Both the position numbers and the translations under genes were made by a program. A stretch of 64,000 bases of DNA, counting the filler, from Circinaria calcarea (Eukaryota), in the NCBI GenBank assembly GCA_051942165.1. It is 35 parts of 35 records of this genome, joined end to end, with 100 filler letters (N's around TTAATTAATTAA, not from the genome) between each part and the next. Parts side by side here need not be neighbours in the genome. Positions count along the whole stretch, not along the records: positions 47,784 to 49,512 come from JAVECS010004296.1; positions 49,613 to 51,341 come from JAVECS010004297.1; positions 51,442 to 53,169 come from JAVECS010004298.1; positions 53,270 to 54,993 come from JAVECS010004299.1; positions 55,094 to 56,815 come from JAVECS010004300.1; positions 56,916 to 58,635 come from JAVECS010004301.1; positions 58,736 to 60,454 come from JAVECS010004302.1; positions 60,555 to 62,272 come from JAVECS010004303.1; 27 more parts are not named here. One strand, written 5' to 3'. Every line of letters starts with the position of its first letter. The stretch's first letter is position 1. Below the pieces are notes generated by a model. It was not told where the DNA came from and searched no databases. It saw only the letters and a list, made by a program, of their open reading frames with translations. This document shows positions 47,784 to 60,702 of this stretch, piece by piece.

Positions 47784-48367
47784 CAAGATTACTGCTTTCC
47801 AAAGCATATTGGCTACCAACCCGCGGTCATCATGTCCCAGATTGACGGTACCGGGTTCAGTCGAGCTGCTTCGGCTAGCGCCGATGGACTCACGCGTGTT
47901 ATGATTCTGCACCCAGTTGCTTGCGGAGTCGCATTTGTTGCCTTCCTCCTCGCTCTCGGTGCTGGGATTGTTGGTTCCGTTCTCGGAGCCGTAGTCGCTG
48001 CGATCGCTTGGCTCATCACGCTTGTGGCTATGGCCGTTGACTTCACCCTCTTCGGGGCAAGCTGATTCTCCCGTGAGTATTCGCTTACACATTTGTACTG
48101 ACCGCCTCATAGATAATTAGAAACCATGTGAACCGCGACGGTTCCGGATCGCGTGCCTCCTTTGCGACCGGTATCTGGACTATTCTTGCAGCTATGATCT
48201 TACTCTTCTTTGGCATGTTTATTGTGCTATTTACATGCTTCAGTGCCAGGAAGGCGAGGAAGAATGCGACGTACAAGACCAATGCGGATGTCTACAACGA
48301 GGGCTACAACAGCACAACGACAGCACAAGCCCGTACTACTAGGAAGAAGCGCTTTGGTCTTTTCTAA
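47784..48367 (+). CDS. SUR7/PalI family membrane protein, 5'-partial; GC-AG intron 48057..48112
   Basis: CFPKHIGY.P, LTRVMILHPVACGVAF, DFTLFG|IIRNHVN, final TM and basic tail. Confidence 0.85.
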
Positions 48368-49193
48368 ATTAATTCAAGAGGCAAGGTGTCGGGTGGTTTA
48401 GGAAAGGGAGGCAATGCAGGGTTTAGGATAGTCGGAGTGCATGTGTACTTTTAACTGCGGATACCACTTTGCATGCTGAGCGACGGCGCTCCCAACACTT
48501 GTATTGTATGTCAGTTGCAATCATTAGAATGGGATGACTTCTAGGGATTGTGGTCGGCGCTCGGTTGCGCTCAGGGGTTTTCTCTTGGTTCCTTAGTGTT
48601 TCAGCGCCGCAAAATGAGCAAATAACGTAGAAAGGATCACTGTGCATTATTGTGTACAGCAAAGCTCCCCTGGCCAACCCTTTTCAGTATTTGTGACTGA
48701 GGTTTCTGGCCTAGTGCTATTTTTCTAGCGTCCTCTTCTCCCCTGAAATCGACTACATCCACTTTAACAGTTTATAGAGTATACATATAATATGGCTGCA
48801 TGCTGCCTTCATACAACTGAGATATCTACATTACTGGGCCTTATGATATACATACACACGTTCGGCTTAGGTTGCGGCCGTGACACTGAGCTGAGCATTA
48901 CCGAACTGGTTGTCCTTGTCGGTAGGCATTCGATAATAAAGAATCGCTGCCAGAAGGATTTTATAATAATGAATGGCCATCTGGAAAGCTTTCAAAGTCA
49001 CCGTTTCCGGTAAGATGGAAGTCCACCAACTGCTTAGCGATATTCGACGCCCTTTCAGAGGGTTCTTTCAAAGAATATGGCGAGGTCTATATATCAGTCT
49101 AGCATATCCAGATGGGACTATCCTATATCATCAGTTTCATTTGCAATAGATCAAAGTCTTTGGACACTTCCCACTTATCAATAACCTGAAGCC

Positions 49194-49512
49194 ATGGTTG
49201 ATATCATGAGTTTGAGCAATGAGCTCCTGCATTCGGTACTGGAATATGTAAGTCTGCCATGTCCACTGGCTATTTGACCTAATGTCCGATTACTATTGCT
49301 GAAAATCCACCTTAGATCTATGACAGTTCAGAGAGAGTCACTATTGGTTCGCTCGCTTTAGTTAATAGGCGATTTAATGCATTAGCATTTTACCGTTTTA
49401 CCTACCGTCACATTACTATCAAGAAAGGTCTGCACCCTGAGCTTGTCCACGAGTGGATCACCAACCCAGACAAACATTATATCCTCCACACCATCAGGTC
49501 GATCAACATTCG
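49194..49512 (+). CDS. F-box domain protein, N-terminus; intron 49248..49315
   Basis: IMSLSNELLHSVLEY|I...SLALVNRRFNALA is an F-box pattern; GTAAGT...TAG. Confidence 0.65.
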
Positions 49513-50603
49513 NNNNNNNNNNNNNNNNNNNNNNNNNNNNNNNNNNNNNNNNNNNNTTAATTAATTAANNNNNNNNNNNNNNNNNNNNNNNNNNNNNNNN
49601 NNNNNNNNNNNNAGCTGCATGTTAAAAGATTTTATAAGCGGAACTTCCGTGAATTGGTAGAATATATTAAATTCCGCAGCCGAAATGAGTATTAGATTTG
49701 CAGAGGCATCGGGAACGGGGCCTTTCAAGGTATTTCTAACATCCCCTTCAGTGTCAACAACTTGCCTTTCCATAGTTCTAGAGTCGAGATGATACACCAG
49801 ATTGATCAGGTACTCAGCGAATATAATTTATTGCATACATAGAGTTTTGAGCCTACCAAAAATGTTTGCTTCGAATCGCGCATCCCGCTGGACGTTGAGA
49901 GACACGTAGGGTCATTCTTAGACTGAAGGTCTGCTAGAAGCGTTAGCAAAAACCTCGAGGTTTAGGTTCCCCTTTGAGTAAGTCAAGTGATGCGTTACCT
50001 CAATCGACGCCGTCGTGTTTCGGACATGCTGTTCCCCGCAGCCCCCTAGTGGCCTTCGTGCGTTACGGCTCCTGTAGAAAAAATGTGATTACTGTTGTGT
50101 ATCGATGGAATTAAAATAAGTTGACTGATTTACTGTTGGGGAGAGAGAAAATGAATAGGGCGAATTATGCACGCTAGAGAGAAGGGAGCTCGCGGATAAA
50201 GCTCACAGGAGAATAAGGTAGTAGCGGGAAACGGCACGAATAGGGAAAACATTAACGGGAAGAAGAGCCTAGTCGTTCGGCAATAAGATCAAAGCACATG
50301 AGCAATACCCAATCACACTGTCGATCTCATTGACATATTCTTCGATTTATATGCCTTATAAACTCCCTGAACCATGGCGTCCCGGGATAGCCTAGCAGCT
50401 GCAGTACATTGGGTAGGCTGTACTTTTGAGAAATACACTCCTCAGCAAGATCCACCAGTATTTCCCAACCACAAGACACATTCAATCATTGAACGCGTTA
50501 TTGCCAATGCCCGCAGATGCTACCATAGGAACTAATATAAGAGCATGTGCAAGAGGCGGCTTATTCCCTAGTCCCGTACGACATCGACTTGATCTTGCCA
50601 TGC

Positions 50604-51318
50604 TTATTTAATAGGAGCCTCCTTTGCATCAATAGCAACTTCTTCACCCATGGAAGTGAGAACAATGACGTCTGTAGTAGGGCTTAGTTCAAGCTTGAGT
50701 ACATCATCCTATAAGACCTACTAGTGTCTTTCTCCTCCTTACGGAAGAGCTTCTCGATCTTTTCACCAATTTCGCCTTCAGGAAGCTTTACATCATCCTT
50801 GGTCTCACCATCGTCGCCCATGAGGTTCAAGAAGCCATCATCAGAAATGTCAAGCTGTTGACATATTAGCATTACCAATTCCCCCTCTGACATATTCAGT
50901 ATCTGCTTATACTTACAAGCTGGAGTTCACGACGGGTGACATTGGGAACGTCCATGTTGTGGGTCGAGGGGCACAATTCTTCCAACTTCTTGCCGGTGAA
51001 GATATCAAGGGCGACCAAATGGACCTTTGCATGACCGTGCTTTCCGGTCTTGGAGGTCGACATATCAACGATTTTGCAAGGGCGTCCCTTGATCACCACG
51101 AATCCGTTCTTGCGCAAGGCAGAACATTGCATGGGATAGGTGGTTGAAGCACCAGCGTCGGCGCTGTCGAAAGTGTGATCATGCTATGAATATTCTCTTG
51201 ATCAGCCAGTGCTTTACGGTAGAGAGGGGCAACGTGACTCGCGCTCTCTGATAAAGGCGGGGGAAGGAGAAAAATGATGACTCTAAGAGAGATTGCTTAC
51301 CTGGGCGTCGGCCGCCAT
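50604..51318 (-). CDS. TIF51: Eukaryotic translation initiation factor 5A, complete, three introns
   Basis: [33 protein letters not shown] hypusine motif, [10 protein letters not shown]. Confidence 0.98.
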
Positions 51319-51441
51319 GATGAGTATCAAGCTGGAATCGANNNNNNNNNNNNNNNNNNNNNNNNNNNNNNNNNNNNNNNNNNNNTTAATTAATTAANNN
51401 NNNNNNNNNNNNNNNNNNNNNNNNNNNNNNNNNNNNNNNNN

Positions 51442-52153
51442 TCATCCCCAAGCGCTGAAAGTATGAAAACAGCGACCCCTTGGGTACAGCCCCTAGATAC
51501 CGAGCCTGCCACCCGGCAGCAAACGATCCTAAACACCCGGCTCCAATCAGTTTCCCAAACCTTTCCAACTCATCCAGAAACAGCAAAAGTTACTCACCTT
51601 CCGTCGGCCCTAACTCGGCAAACCCCAACGCCTCTAGTAGATACGGGGACAGCAACACTAAGATCCCCAGCACCACAATTGCCACCACGGCGGCGGTCCA
51701 TAGCGGATGCTCTTTCGCAAACTCCCCGGTGGCATCAACGGCATCGCTAGCTTTCTGGAAGGCGGCGGCCATGGCGCCGCTAAGGCGAGTAGCGCCTTCT
51801 CGGAGGAGAGCTTCGATACGGTAGAAAAGTGCCTTGGCGACGGATGCGTACCAGGTGTCCCAGGAGGCGGTGGACGGGCATTGGGTGTGAATGATGGAGT
51901 GGAGGGAAGCGTCGATGGTCGGGCCGGGCTTGGGGGCCGAGAGGAGAGTGGTGAGGATTTGTGAGGCGGCTTCTTCGGGGGATTTGGGGTTTGAGGATTT
52001 GGTGTTGGGTGGGATGTGTGGGGTCTCCTTGTCCGTAAGGAAGACGTAGCCGTGGGACTTTTCGGTGGTGAAGCTGGCTGTCATGTTGACGGTGGAATTG
52101 CGGGGAGGTGGGGTGCACGGGAAGCACTCGAGGAGGCTATTGAGGAGTTCCAT
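51442..52153 (-). CDS. Fungal IFI6/IFI27-like membrane protein, near complete; intron 51529..51597
   Basis: TM helix then LEALGFAELGPTEG|SFAAGWQARY.GAVPKGSLFSYFQRLGM. Confidence 0.6.
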
Positions 52154-52851
52154 GTTGGGGCTTTGGAATGGAGATTTGAAGGAGAGTAAAGGTTGGCGTT
52201 GTTGATAGAATCGGAGGTGAGGAAAGCAGTGTGGAGATCTTATGAAAGTGAACTGTCACGAAGGGAAAACTGGCGGATCCTTTGCCGCACAACTCAACTG
52301 GAGACAAGGCTGACAGTGTTGATGGCGGGCATAATGAGGTGGCTTGCTCATAAGATGCAATCTACCGGGCCGCAGCCTTGCATGTGCCAGGGAGGATTCT
52401 GCCGGCCCGTCAGCCACGGAAGCCTAGATTCATTGAAATCAGTAACGACGTATTTTAAAACAATCATAACAATCAAACAATAGATTAAATTGACTCTGAC
52501 TAGTAATCAAGCCCGGAAACGGCAAGAGTGTTAATTATATTATAAATATTGATCTACTTTGTGGCGTTAACGTTAACTTAATAGTTTTCACAGCTTATAT
52601 TACTTTACTGCCGAGTGATTGTATAGCTTCCTATTATAAGATTATAGGAAATTACATAGAATATTCCATTGGTCCTTAAATTGCAGTAATGTGCCGTGGA
52701 GCCCACCGTACCATAAATTTCCCTGGGCTGTGCAGGTAAAATTCATTTGACATCTACGCGGGTCCCTCGAACTTATGTTGTTTCTGGTAGAAAAAGTTTA
52801 CCAGATTATGCCTATGTAGTCGAACTCCGCAGTGTTGCGAGGTGTACAAAC

Positions 52852-53169
52852 ATGGATCAACAGAAGTTTGTAGGGCTCCTAGAGAACGTCCTTGCTCGTA
52901 AGTTCAAGTTCCAGGCAAGATCGCTCAATAGATAGCTGATCAGATTCAACAGCGGATACTGAGCGCGTCAAGCTTGCAACTGCGGAGCTACGAAAAGAAT
53001 ACTACACCTCCCCAGACTCCCTTGGTCTCCTGCTGCAATTGCTCACTTCACATGAATCCCCTCAACTACGGCAGCTAGCTGCAACTCAGGCCCGCTCTTT
53101 GGTCCCAAAACACTGGCAGTCAATACCAGAAACACACAAGCCACAGATCCGAACCCACCTTCTTCAAGC
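52852..53169 (+). CDS. KAP123: Importin beta-4 (Kap123) N-terminus; intron 52898..52952
   Basis: MDQQKFVGLLENVLA|PDTERVK.ATAELRKEYY...LRQLAATQARSLVPKHW, an importin N-terminal domain. Confidence 0.8.
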
Positions 53170-53647
53170 NNNNNNNNNNNNNNNNNNNNNNNNNNNNNNN
53201 NNNNNNNNNNNNNTTAATTAATTAANNNNNNNNNNNNNNNNNNNNNNNNNNNNNNNNNNNNNNNNNNNNGAGTTGGGATATGGGGGATCCGGTGGTTTTG
53301 AGTCAGAAAGATACGGTTCGGGGGCGAAATGAGTATTTAGCGCGCTATGGACCTCATTGATGGGTTGATGGAGTGCATAGCGTTTATTGGAGTTTGAGGG
53401 GGCTAGAGCAAGGCGTTTTGGTGGTGGCCAGCTTGGGATGAGGGATGTTTTGTACGTTGAAGCACTTTTCAGCTAGCTACATTATATAGTTTGTAGCGGG
53501 TATCCAATGGTATCTATCTATATAGAGGATTATACAAGTCCTTTTCAGGACGTCCATTTTGTTTATGCCACAAGTCAAACCTCAAGACCAACTCCGTCGC
53601 TATGCATCACATAACCTTCTTTTTCCCCTTTTTTGGTTTTAAGAATA

Positions 53648-54993
53648 CTACAGCGCCCCACCCAACACCCCAACAATCCACATCGCAATCCTAACCCCTA
53701 AGCCTACTCTCCTCTCGCCGCTCTTCAAATCTGCCTCCACCACCGTCCGCGAATATTTTAACAGCCCTTGTTCTTCCTGCTTCAACCGCCTCATCAGTCC
53801 CTCATCGGTCGTTACAACCACGGCGCCGACTTCGGCGTCGAGACTGTAGGACCGTTTCGTGTAGTTTGAGGAGCCGATGACTGTTATACTAGGGCCCGGT
53901 GGTTGTGAAGTTGCTGAGGAAGGGGGGGTGGATGTATTGCTAGTTGAGGAAGGGGGAAGAAGAGGAGGTGGTGGTAATGTTAGCCATAGCCCCTTGGCAT
54001 GGTATGTCCAACCGCCAGGCTCTCCGACCATACCCCGACGCCACTCGCGAAGTTCGACTCCGCCCGGTGCGGTTTTGGCAACTGCGCGGAGGAACCGCCG
54101 GGAGAGAAGCGTGTAGGCGGCTGGAAGCATGCCGGAAACGCCCTTGGAGCCGTAGAATCCGTTGGCGTGAGGGTGGGCGGTGAGGACTGTGCCTGAGATG
54201 TATGACTTGTCATTTCGAGTGTTGGAAGATGAGACTGAGCAAGCGAGGAGGGAGGCGGTGATTAGGGGGTGCGGGTTGAAGTAGCCGGCAGTGAAGAGGT
54301 AGCTGGAGCCTTTGGGGAAGGGCGAGGAAAGGAGGGCGCGGAGTGCCGGGAGCTCGGTATTGAGGGAGTGAGGAAGGGTGAGAAGAGGGTAAATGGCTGT
54401 GTTGTGGGATGGAGAAGCGATTGGAGAGGAAGACGATGGCGAGGATAGGGGCGTAAAGAGTTTAGTCGTGGCAGCATTGTAGCCCGTGGGGTCGGTGAGC
54501 GGTGATGGCCCGGCGTTGGTGGACGGCCATTCAAGTGAATAAGAACTTGAAGAATGATCTAATTGAAGGAGGAAGCTCACACTGCACATGGTATGATGGA
54601 TGCGGGCAAAGTAATCCGACACCCTCTTAGAGGAGAATATGTGATAGCGGTCCTGGCGGTTGGTGAAATAGTCACTTGAAAGATTTGCTCCAGAAAGAAT
54701 GATTTCATCGTCGATACCGTATAGCTTCATATGTTGTAGGCCCCATCCTTCGTTGATCCGCCTGGGAACAATCTTCTTCCTGACACCTGTCAGGTTGGGC
54801 GTATGGTACATTCGCACCTCTAGCTGGTCAGGAAAGTCCACAATGAGTTTTGAGAGGAGAGAGGCGCAAGAAGGCTCAGGTGTCTCTCGAGTGCCTCGGA
54901 GGGCATCGGTCAAGATGGAGACTTTAAGTCTTGGATTGTGCTGGAGGGCTTCAGCTATGCAAGAAATGAGTTCATGCTCTGACTTTCCGATGT
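53648..54993 (-). CDS. PGS1: CDP-diacylglycerol--glycerol-3-phosphate 3-phosphatidyltransferase, 5'-partial
   Basis: DALRGTR, MYHTPNL, GLQHMKLYGIDD..ILSGANLS.DYFTNRQDRY, WTYHAKGLW, GSSNYT.RS..LD (two HKD-type motifs). Confidence 0.95.
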
Positions 54994-55093
54994 NNNNNNN
55001 NNNNNNNNNNNNNNNNNNNNNNNNNNNNNNNNNNNNNTTAATTAATTAANNNNNNNNNNNNNNNNNNNNNNNNNNNNNNNNNNNNNNNNNNNN

Positions 55094-56797
55094 TATCAAG
55101 ATAGTGCTTATAGTTTGAGGAATCTCCGGCGTGCTTATTCCAGCGGCTTCTGCTTCATCGCAGAACAAGACCTCGAACAAGATCCCACCATCCTACCTCC
55201 AGTATATACAAAGCGCGCTGGCCGTAGGAAGCAGAGGCGTATTCGGCGTGAGTCAACAGTGACAGAGAAGAAGCCTAGGAGTTGCCGGTTATGTGGTGTA
55301 AACGGTCATAACAGAAGGACTTGTAACGGTGTTGTTGATGAGCAAGAGGTCGGCAAGGAGCTCTCAATTCGTCAGCAGAAGGAGCATGAAAAACGACTTG
55401 AGGCTCGTAAGCTATCCCGTGCTGAAAGAGAGATCAAAACGGCGCTGCTTCAGAAGATGCTTCGAGATAACGGACAGGATTCTGATGACGAGGATTTGGC
55501 CGATACCGACAGCGATAGTGACGATCCAGAGGTCGAAGACTCTGACGAAGACTATGAGACAAGTGATTCTGAGCTTCCACCCCTACGTACATCGTCAGAA
55601 CGTCGTCGTCGCCCCAGTGTTAGTAGCAGAGGTGTTCACAAAGGGGGGTGTTCTACGCAGCAAGAAACTGGTGATAGGGCTTTACCCTCTACGTCAGCAG
55701 CCTTAGCACCAATCGGAAGCACTCGCTTCAGCGGCCCGCTTGCGGAAAGGCCTAATCGAGGACGTCACGTGCTACAAGCCCGTACTGCTTCCTCAGCTGC
55801 TCGTAGTCAGTCAAAATCAACAACATCTTCAGAATCAACAACCTCAACAAATTCGAGGCTTTTAGGGCCGGTATCTCGCCAGAGCGATAAAGTACCATCT
55901 GTTGAGGACAGCGACGACGGATTCCATGATGAATTTGATGGATTTTCGCCCAATCTGTCGCGATCTCCAACACCTCCGATTCGGGACGACACCCCTCTGT
56001 TTATCGACAGGTATCTCAGTGACGAAGACGTCAGTACGCTTGTTCCGTCCATCCCTGAAGTACAGCAAGATGAGGAAGAGTCACTGCGTCGGCAACAGCG
56101 CCTAGAACAACTTGCAAAGGACGCAATTCTCAATAAGAAGAAGGCTGATTGGGCTGACCTCACTGAGTTAGAATGGGGGCAGGATCCTATCTATCCGCTA
56201 GGATTTATCTATCCAAGATCATCAGAAGAAGTCTTTGCAATGCCTGGGATTGCTGCTAGTACCTTTTCGATGATAGAAGACGTCCAGGAGACGCTGCGTC
56301 AGCATAAACTTCGTCATCAACCTCCTCAAGAAGTACAGAGAGAAATTGATTATTTATTCCTCGAGGGCATGGGTGTTCGAAACAGGCCAGTAAATTACAA
56401 TCCTCAAGAAGATCGTGCCTTTATTGAGGAAGAGATTCAACGCCGCTGCAGCAAGATCTACCAGAACGGCGGCAATCCCTACCCAGATGATTCTCTTATT
56501 GATCAGTATATTGCCGTAGCAGAGGTTGAGGCGGGGGTAGAGGTAGCAAGATCACCTAAAGAAGGGCATGTAGATGAGGAAAATCAGTGCGATCAGCGAC
56601 GTGCTTCTGCCTCGCCCACAGAGCTTTTGTATCACGAAGAATTGGACGAAGGAGAAGCAGCACCCGAGGAGGTTACTCCACCGCTAGTGGCTATCCGGAG
56701 GTCAAAACGAGGACGACTCCTTAAGGATAAGAAGCACGCCGACGACGATGGCTATACATCACCAATTAAGAAGCGGCAGCGACGAGGAAAGGCGTGA
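55094..56797 (+). mobile_element. Mutator-like (MULE) transposase C-terminal region with CCHC zinc knuckle and long acidic tail, 5'-partial
   Basis: YSLRNLRRAY...ILPP..TKRAGRRK.RRIR...CRLCGVNGHNRRTC is the post-SWIM signature of MULE transposases; DDE core is not in the contig. Confidence 0.65.
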
Positions 56798-58885
56798 TTT
56801 GCAGCACTTATATAGNNNNNNNNNNNNNNNNNNNNNNNNNNNNNNNNNNNNNNNNNNNNTTAATTAATTAANNNNNNNNNNNNNNNNNNNNNNNNNNNNN
56901 NNNNNNNNNNNNNNNGGGGGGTGGGGGGGGTGGGTGTCAGTTGTTTATTGTAATTTGAAAACATCTATGCCCTATGCCAGTGGGTTTATTGCCGCCGAGA
57001 TTGTGTATTTTACTTCACCTATCGAGCTCTAATCCCAACACCTTGGTCCGAAAAAAAGTGTCGATTCGGTTCTGGCGACAAGACTATTGGCGTTAGATAC
57101 TATGTATCTTATCTCGCCCATAATACGGATATTTACACATGATGGATACGAGTGAGCACTTTTTGGCCTATATGGTAGTAGCGCCAAGGATCCCAATCCA
57201 ATCCAATCCAAATATTCCAACATTCCATACCGTTCAGTTTTGAGATGGTAGGTCATTGCTCTATGATACCTAGGAAGTACCCAAGAATCCATAATGAAAA
57301 AAAAAAGCAAAAAAAAACTCGTTTACGTTTTTTCTTTGTGGAAAGTTTTTTTGGCGGATTTACTATCCTCCCTGGGGTAAATACTCTCTTTCGGTGAGGG
57401 ATATGCTGTTGCTAGGGAAGGATAAGGGTAGTGGCTTAAAGCAGAGGGAATGGCTTGGGTGGAGATGAAGCTCATGGGTTTGAGATTCTTTTTTAGAAGA
57501 AGAAAAGAAAAGTTGGAATTTCGCTGTCGCGGTTTCTGGTGTTCTGGTGTTTTCTAGGTTGTGGGTTGTTGGCGCCATAAAATAATATCAAAACAGTGAC
57601 CTTTTACCATTATGACTTTAACGATAGTGGACTTAGTGCAGCAATTTCTGGCCATAAGCCCCCCGGGAGTTAGTGAATACTATATAGGCTTGTACCTTAT
57701 AGCAGTAGTGTGAGCTATTCGCTGAAATTTGGCTGGTGTGAGTATAAAATTTGCTGATTTCATTTTCATCGGGGGTATATTTCAGACTCATATTATATTA
57801 ATCATGGCACCGCCCTTGAGTGAGCAAACCCTCCAATATGGCTGCCAAGGAGATCCCGGATGTCGTTGGAAGCAAAGCTTATATGCTACTGCACCTAGGC
57901 AAATCATGGGCTTCAGCAAATGGCGCAACATCCGCTCCATCCTGACGGGAAACATAAGCCCGGAAGCACAGGTCCAATTCCGCAGAGCTCAGGATATCCG
58001 CAATGAGGCAACTGATTGCAAGCGCTGAGAAGGAGAACGAGATTATCTCTCTCAGTACAATTATGCGCGGTCAAGTCCTCGGGGGTTTATGCGGTCAGCT
58101 GAATCGGCTTTTCTTAGGTCTCCTACATCCGTTTTTCATGCCCGACGACATTAACCATCTTGGCAAAGATATCCACAATGGCAGTGTGTGAATGTCGGTG
58201 GTATGATACGACGCCGTCGAGGACGGATTTGATCCCCAATATGGTATCAAGATCTGTGCCAAATGAAAAATATGTGTTCGCGAAAGACTTCAGGGCGTGA
58301 ACGTAACCGGAATAGGATTCAGAACTCAGTAGGGCTACTTTTGGTGGTCTAGCGATTTCTCTCCCGCTTTTTCCTCTAATCAGCTGAGGACCGGAGAGAT
58401 CAGAGCTTTTTCGTTAAGTGGCGAGTGTCGGTTCATGCGAGAGTTCTTTATACGCAGTAAATAGAATATCATATAGTAGTATCAAGAGTGTAAGAGCCTG
58501 GAGCATAAGTCACCGGACACCCTGCATTTTTTCTAAGTTCGCTCACCGCAGGGTAAATTGGTAATTTCGGTAAATTACAGCCCTATCAATATCTATATTT
58601 ATTAATAACGAATATTATAGTATTTATAATAATTANNNNNNNNNNNNNNNNNNNNNNNNNNNNNNNNNNNNNNNNNNNNTTAATTAATTAANNNNNNNNN
58701 NNNNNNNNNNNNNNNNNNNNNNNNNNNNNNNNNNNACATACAATATACAACGAGTGCGTTTGGGGTTGGGGTTGGGGGGAACAAGGGTAAAAGGGATACA
58801 AGGTAAAGGGGTAAAGAAGAATGAGGGTGGGAAAACATCACATTACGTCACGTCACGTCACATTACAATTACCGCACACAAGTCT

Positions 58886-58924
<39 letters not shown>

Positions 58925-59363
58925 TAAATTTCTCTCACGGGCTACCATATGGTAATTTGATTTAGATCGATAACTGGGTACTTGGGACTTGGGACTTGGG
59001 CTTGGGCTTAGCTTTTATTTAGATTTTGGATTTGGATTTTGGATTTTGGGCGGTTTCTTTCTTCCCATGCATCTTACATTCTACGTCACATATACACATA
59101 CACACGCACACACAGAGTACATAATCATATATACACCTATACAAATAAATGGTTCTGGCACGTTTATGTTTTCATGGTGAATTTTACCAACAGCTCTCTA
59201 TTCTTACACATATATATAAAATTCCGGTCAAAAGTCTATCTGTTACATCGCCATTGGAAAGAACGTAAACTACCCTCTCCCCTGTAATCGCTCCTCTTCT
59301 TCTATCAATTGCCCCAGGTCTCTGCCCGCTGTTTCCGTCCCCATCTCACAAACCCACCCGCAT

Positions 59364-60454
59364 TTAAAACGGTGGGGTATCAGTACCCAAGGTGACATTC
59401 TGGATCGTGCATCCCACTGTCTGGTAGGTACTAGCATAGCTCCCATCAAAAATAGCGCGTAAGAAGGCAAGCACCCTCTCGGCTCCGTTGGTCGGCTCCG
59501 TCGTGTGCCCGCCCACGGTATTGCGCTGATACAAAATATTCGCACCAATGGCACAGTATCTCTCAACCAGGGCATCCGTGTTCTCCACCCGGGAAAACTC
59601 ATCCCCGATGGCTTGGTAGGCGAAAACGGGCATCGAGGGTACGCCGTGATAGCCCATGATGCCGTCCCGGTTGACGCGGGCTTGCACCAGGGGATTTTGT
59701 ATAATGGCAGCGCCGGAAATGAAATAGTCGAAGATGTTCTGGTTGGCGTAGCTGACTGTGTCGATGGTCATGGTCTGATTGCGTGCGGCGAGGAAGTAGG
59801 TCGCGTTGTACGGTCCGGACGTCTTCAGTTGGCTCAGGAAATACTGTTCCAAGGCAGGGTCCTGGCTTGCTAGACCAAGGATACCGTTGACGACCAGGTT
59901 GGCATATGGCCCGCCATTGACGGACTCGACAACGCTCGTAATGTTAGGTGTCAGGCCGCCGAGCACAACGCCAGCAAAGTTCATTTCAGGCGCATACTGC
60001 ACTTGCAGCTCAGCAGCCCACTCACTGGCTAGGGAACCGCCGGAGTAGCCTATCAGCGCATACTTGGTTTTGCTGTCGAGACCGAAGCCAAAGTTCAGAA
60101 CTGCGCGCACAGAATCGATGGTTGCGTGACCCGATTGCACGCCGGCAGCGAAGGAGGCGAGTGGACCTTCGTAGTCTGGCACGTTCACATACCAGCCGAG
60201 ACCTAGGACGGTGGGAATGATGGGATCAACCCTCCCGCTATAAAAAGTATAGCTTGGGCTATAGTCAACACTGGCGCTATCGTCTATAGATAATTAGCCA
60301 ATGCCAAGGTGAGGATATTAGTACTAACAGGCTTCTTGGTAGGAAAGAAGGACCGAGCCAGAAGATACGGTGGTGCTGTTGGTAGTGGAGTTTGTAAACC
60401 CTGTCTGTGGGATATAGAGCGTTGTGACGGCCCAGGCGGGTTTGTAGTTGCTGT
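59364..60454 (-). CDS. Secretory lipase (LIP family; Tri8-like esterase), 5'-partial
   Basis: VPDYEGP.ASF, IDSVRA, GYSGGSLASEWAAELQ..YAPE, Y.AIGDE, GGH catalytic motifs. Confidence 0.9.
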
Positions 60455-60702
60455 NNNNNNNNNNNNNNNNNNNNNNNNNNNNNNNNNNNNNNNNNNNNTT
60501 AATTAATTAANNNNNNNNNNNNNNNNNNNNNNNNNNNNNNNNNNNNNNNNNNNNCTTTAAGGTTCCTAATTATATTGATATGCTCAGCGTGAGACGCCAC
60601 ACCTTGTCATATCTCAATTTCTGTCCCGCCCACATACATGGCGTTAAAGCCTACATCGGAACTCGTTAGCGTCCAGATCATCTCGACCTAGGCTAGGTCA
60701 CC

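Noticed and set aside
57729..58260. Fragmented ORFs next to an AT-rich contig end (possible transposase or pseudogene)
   Set aside because: No recognisable DDE, HTH or other motif in any frame
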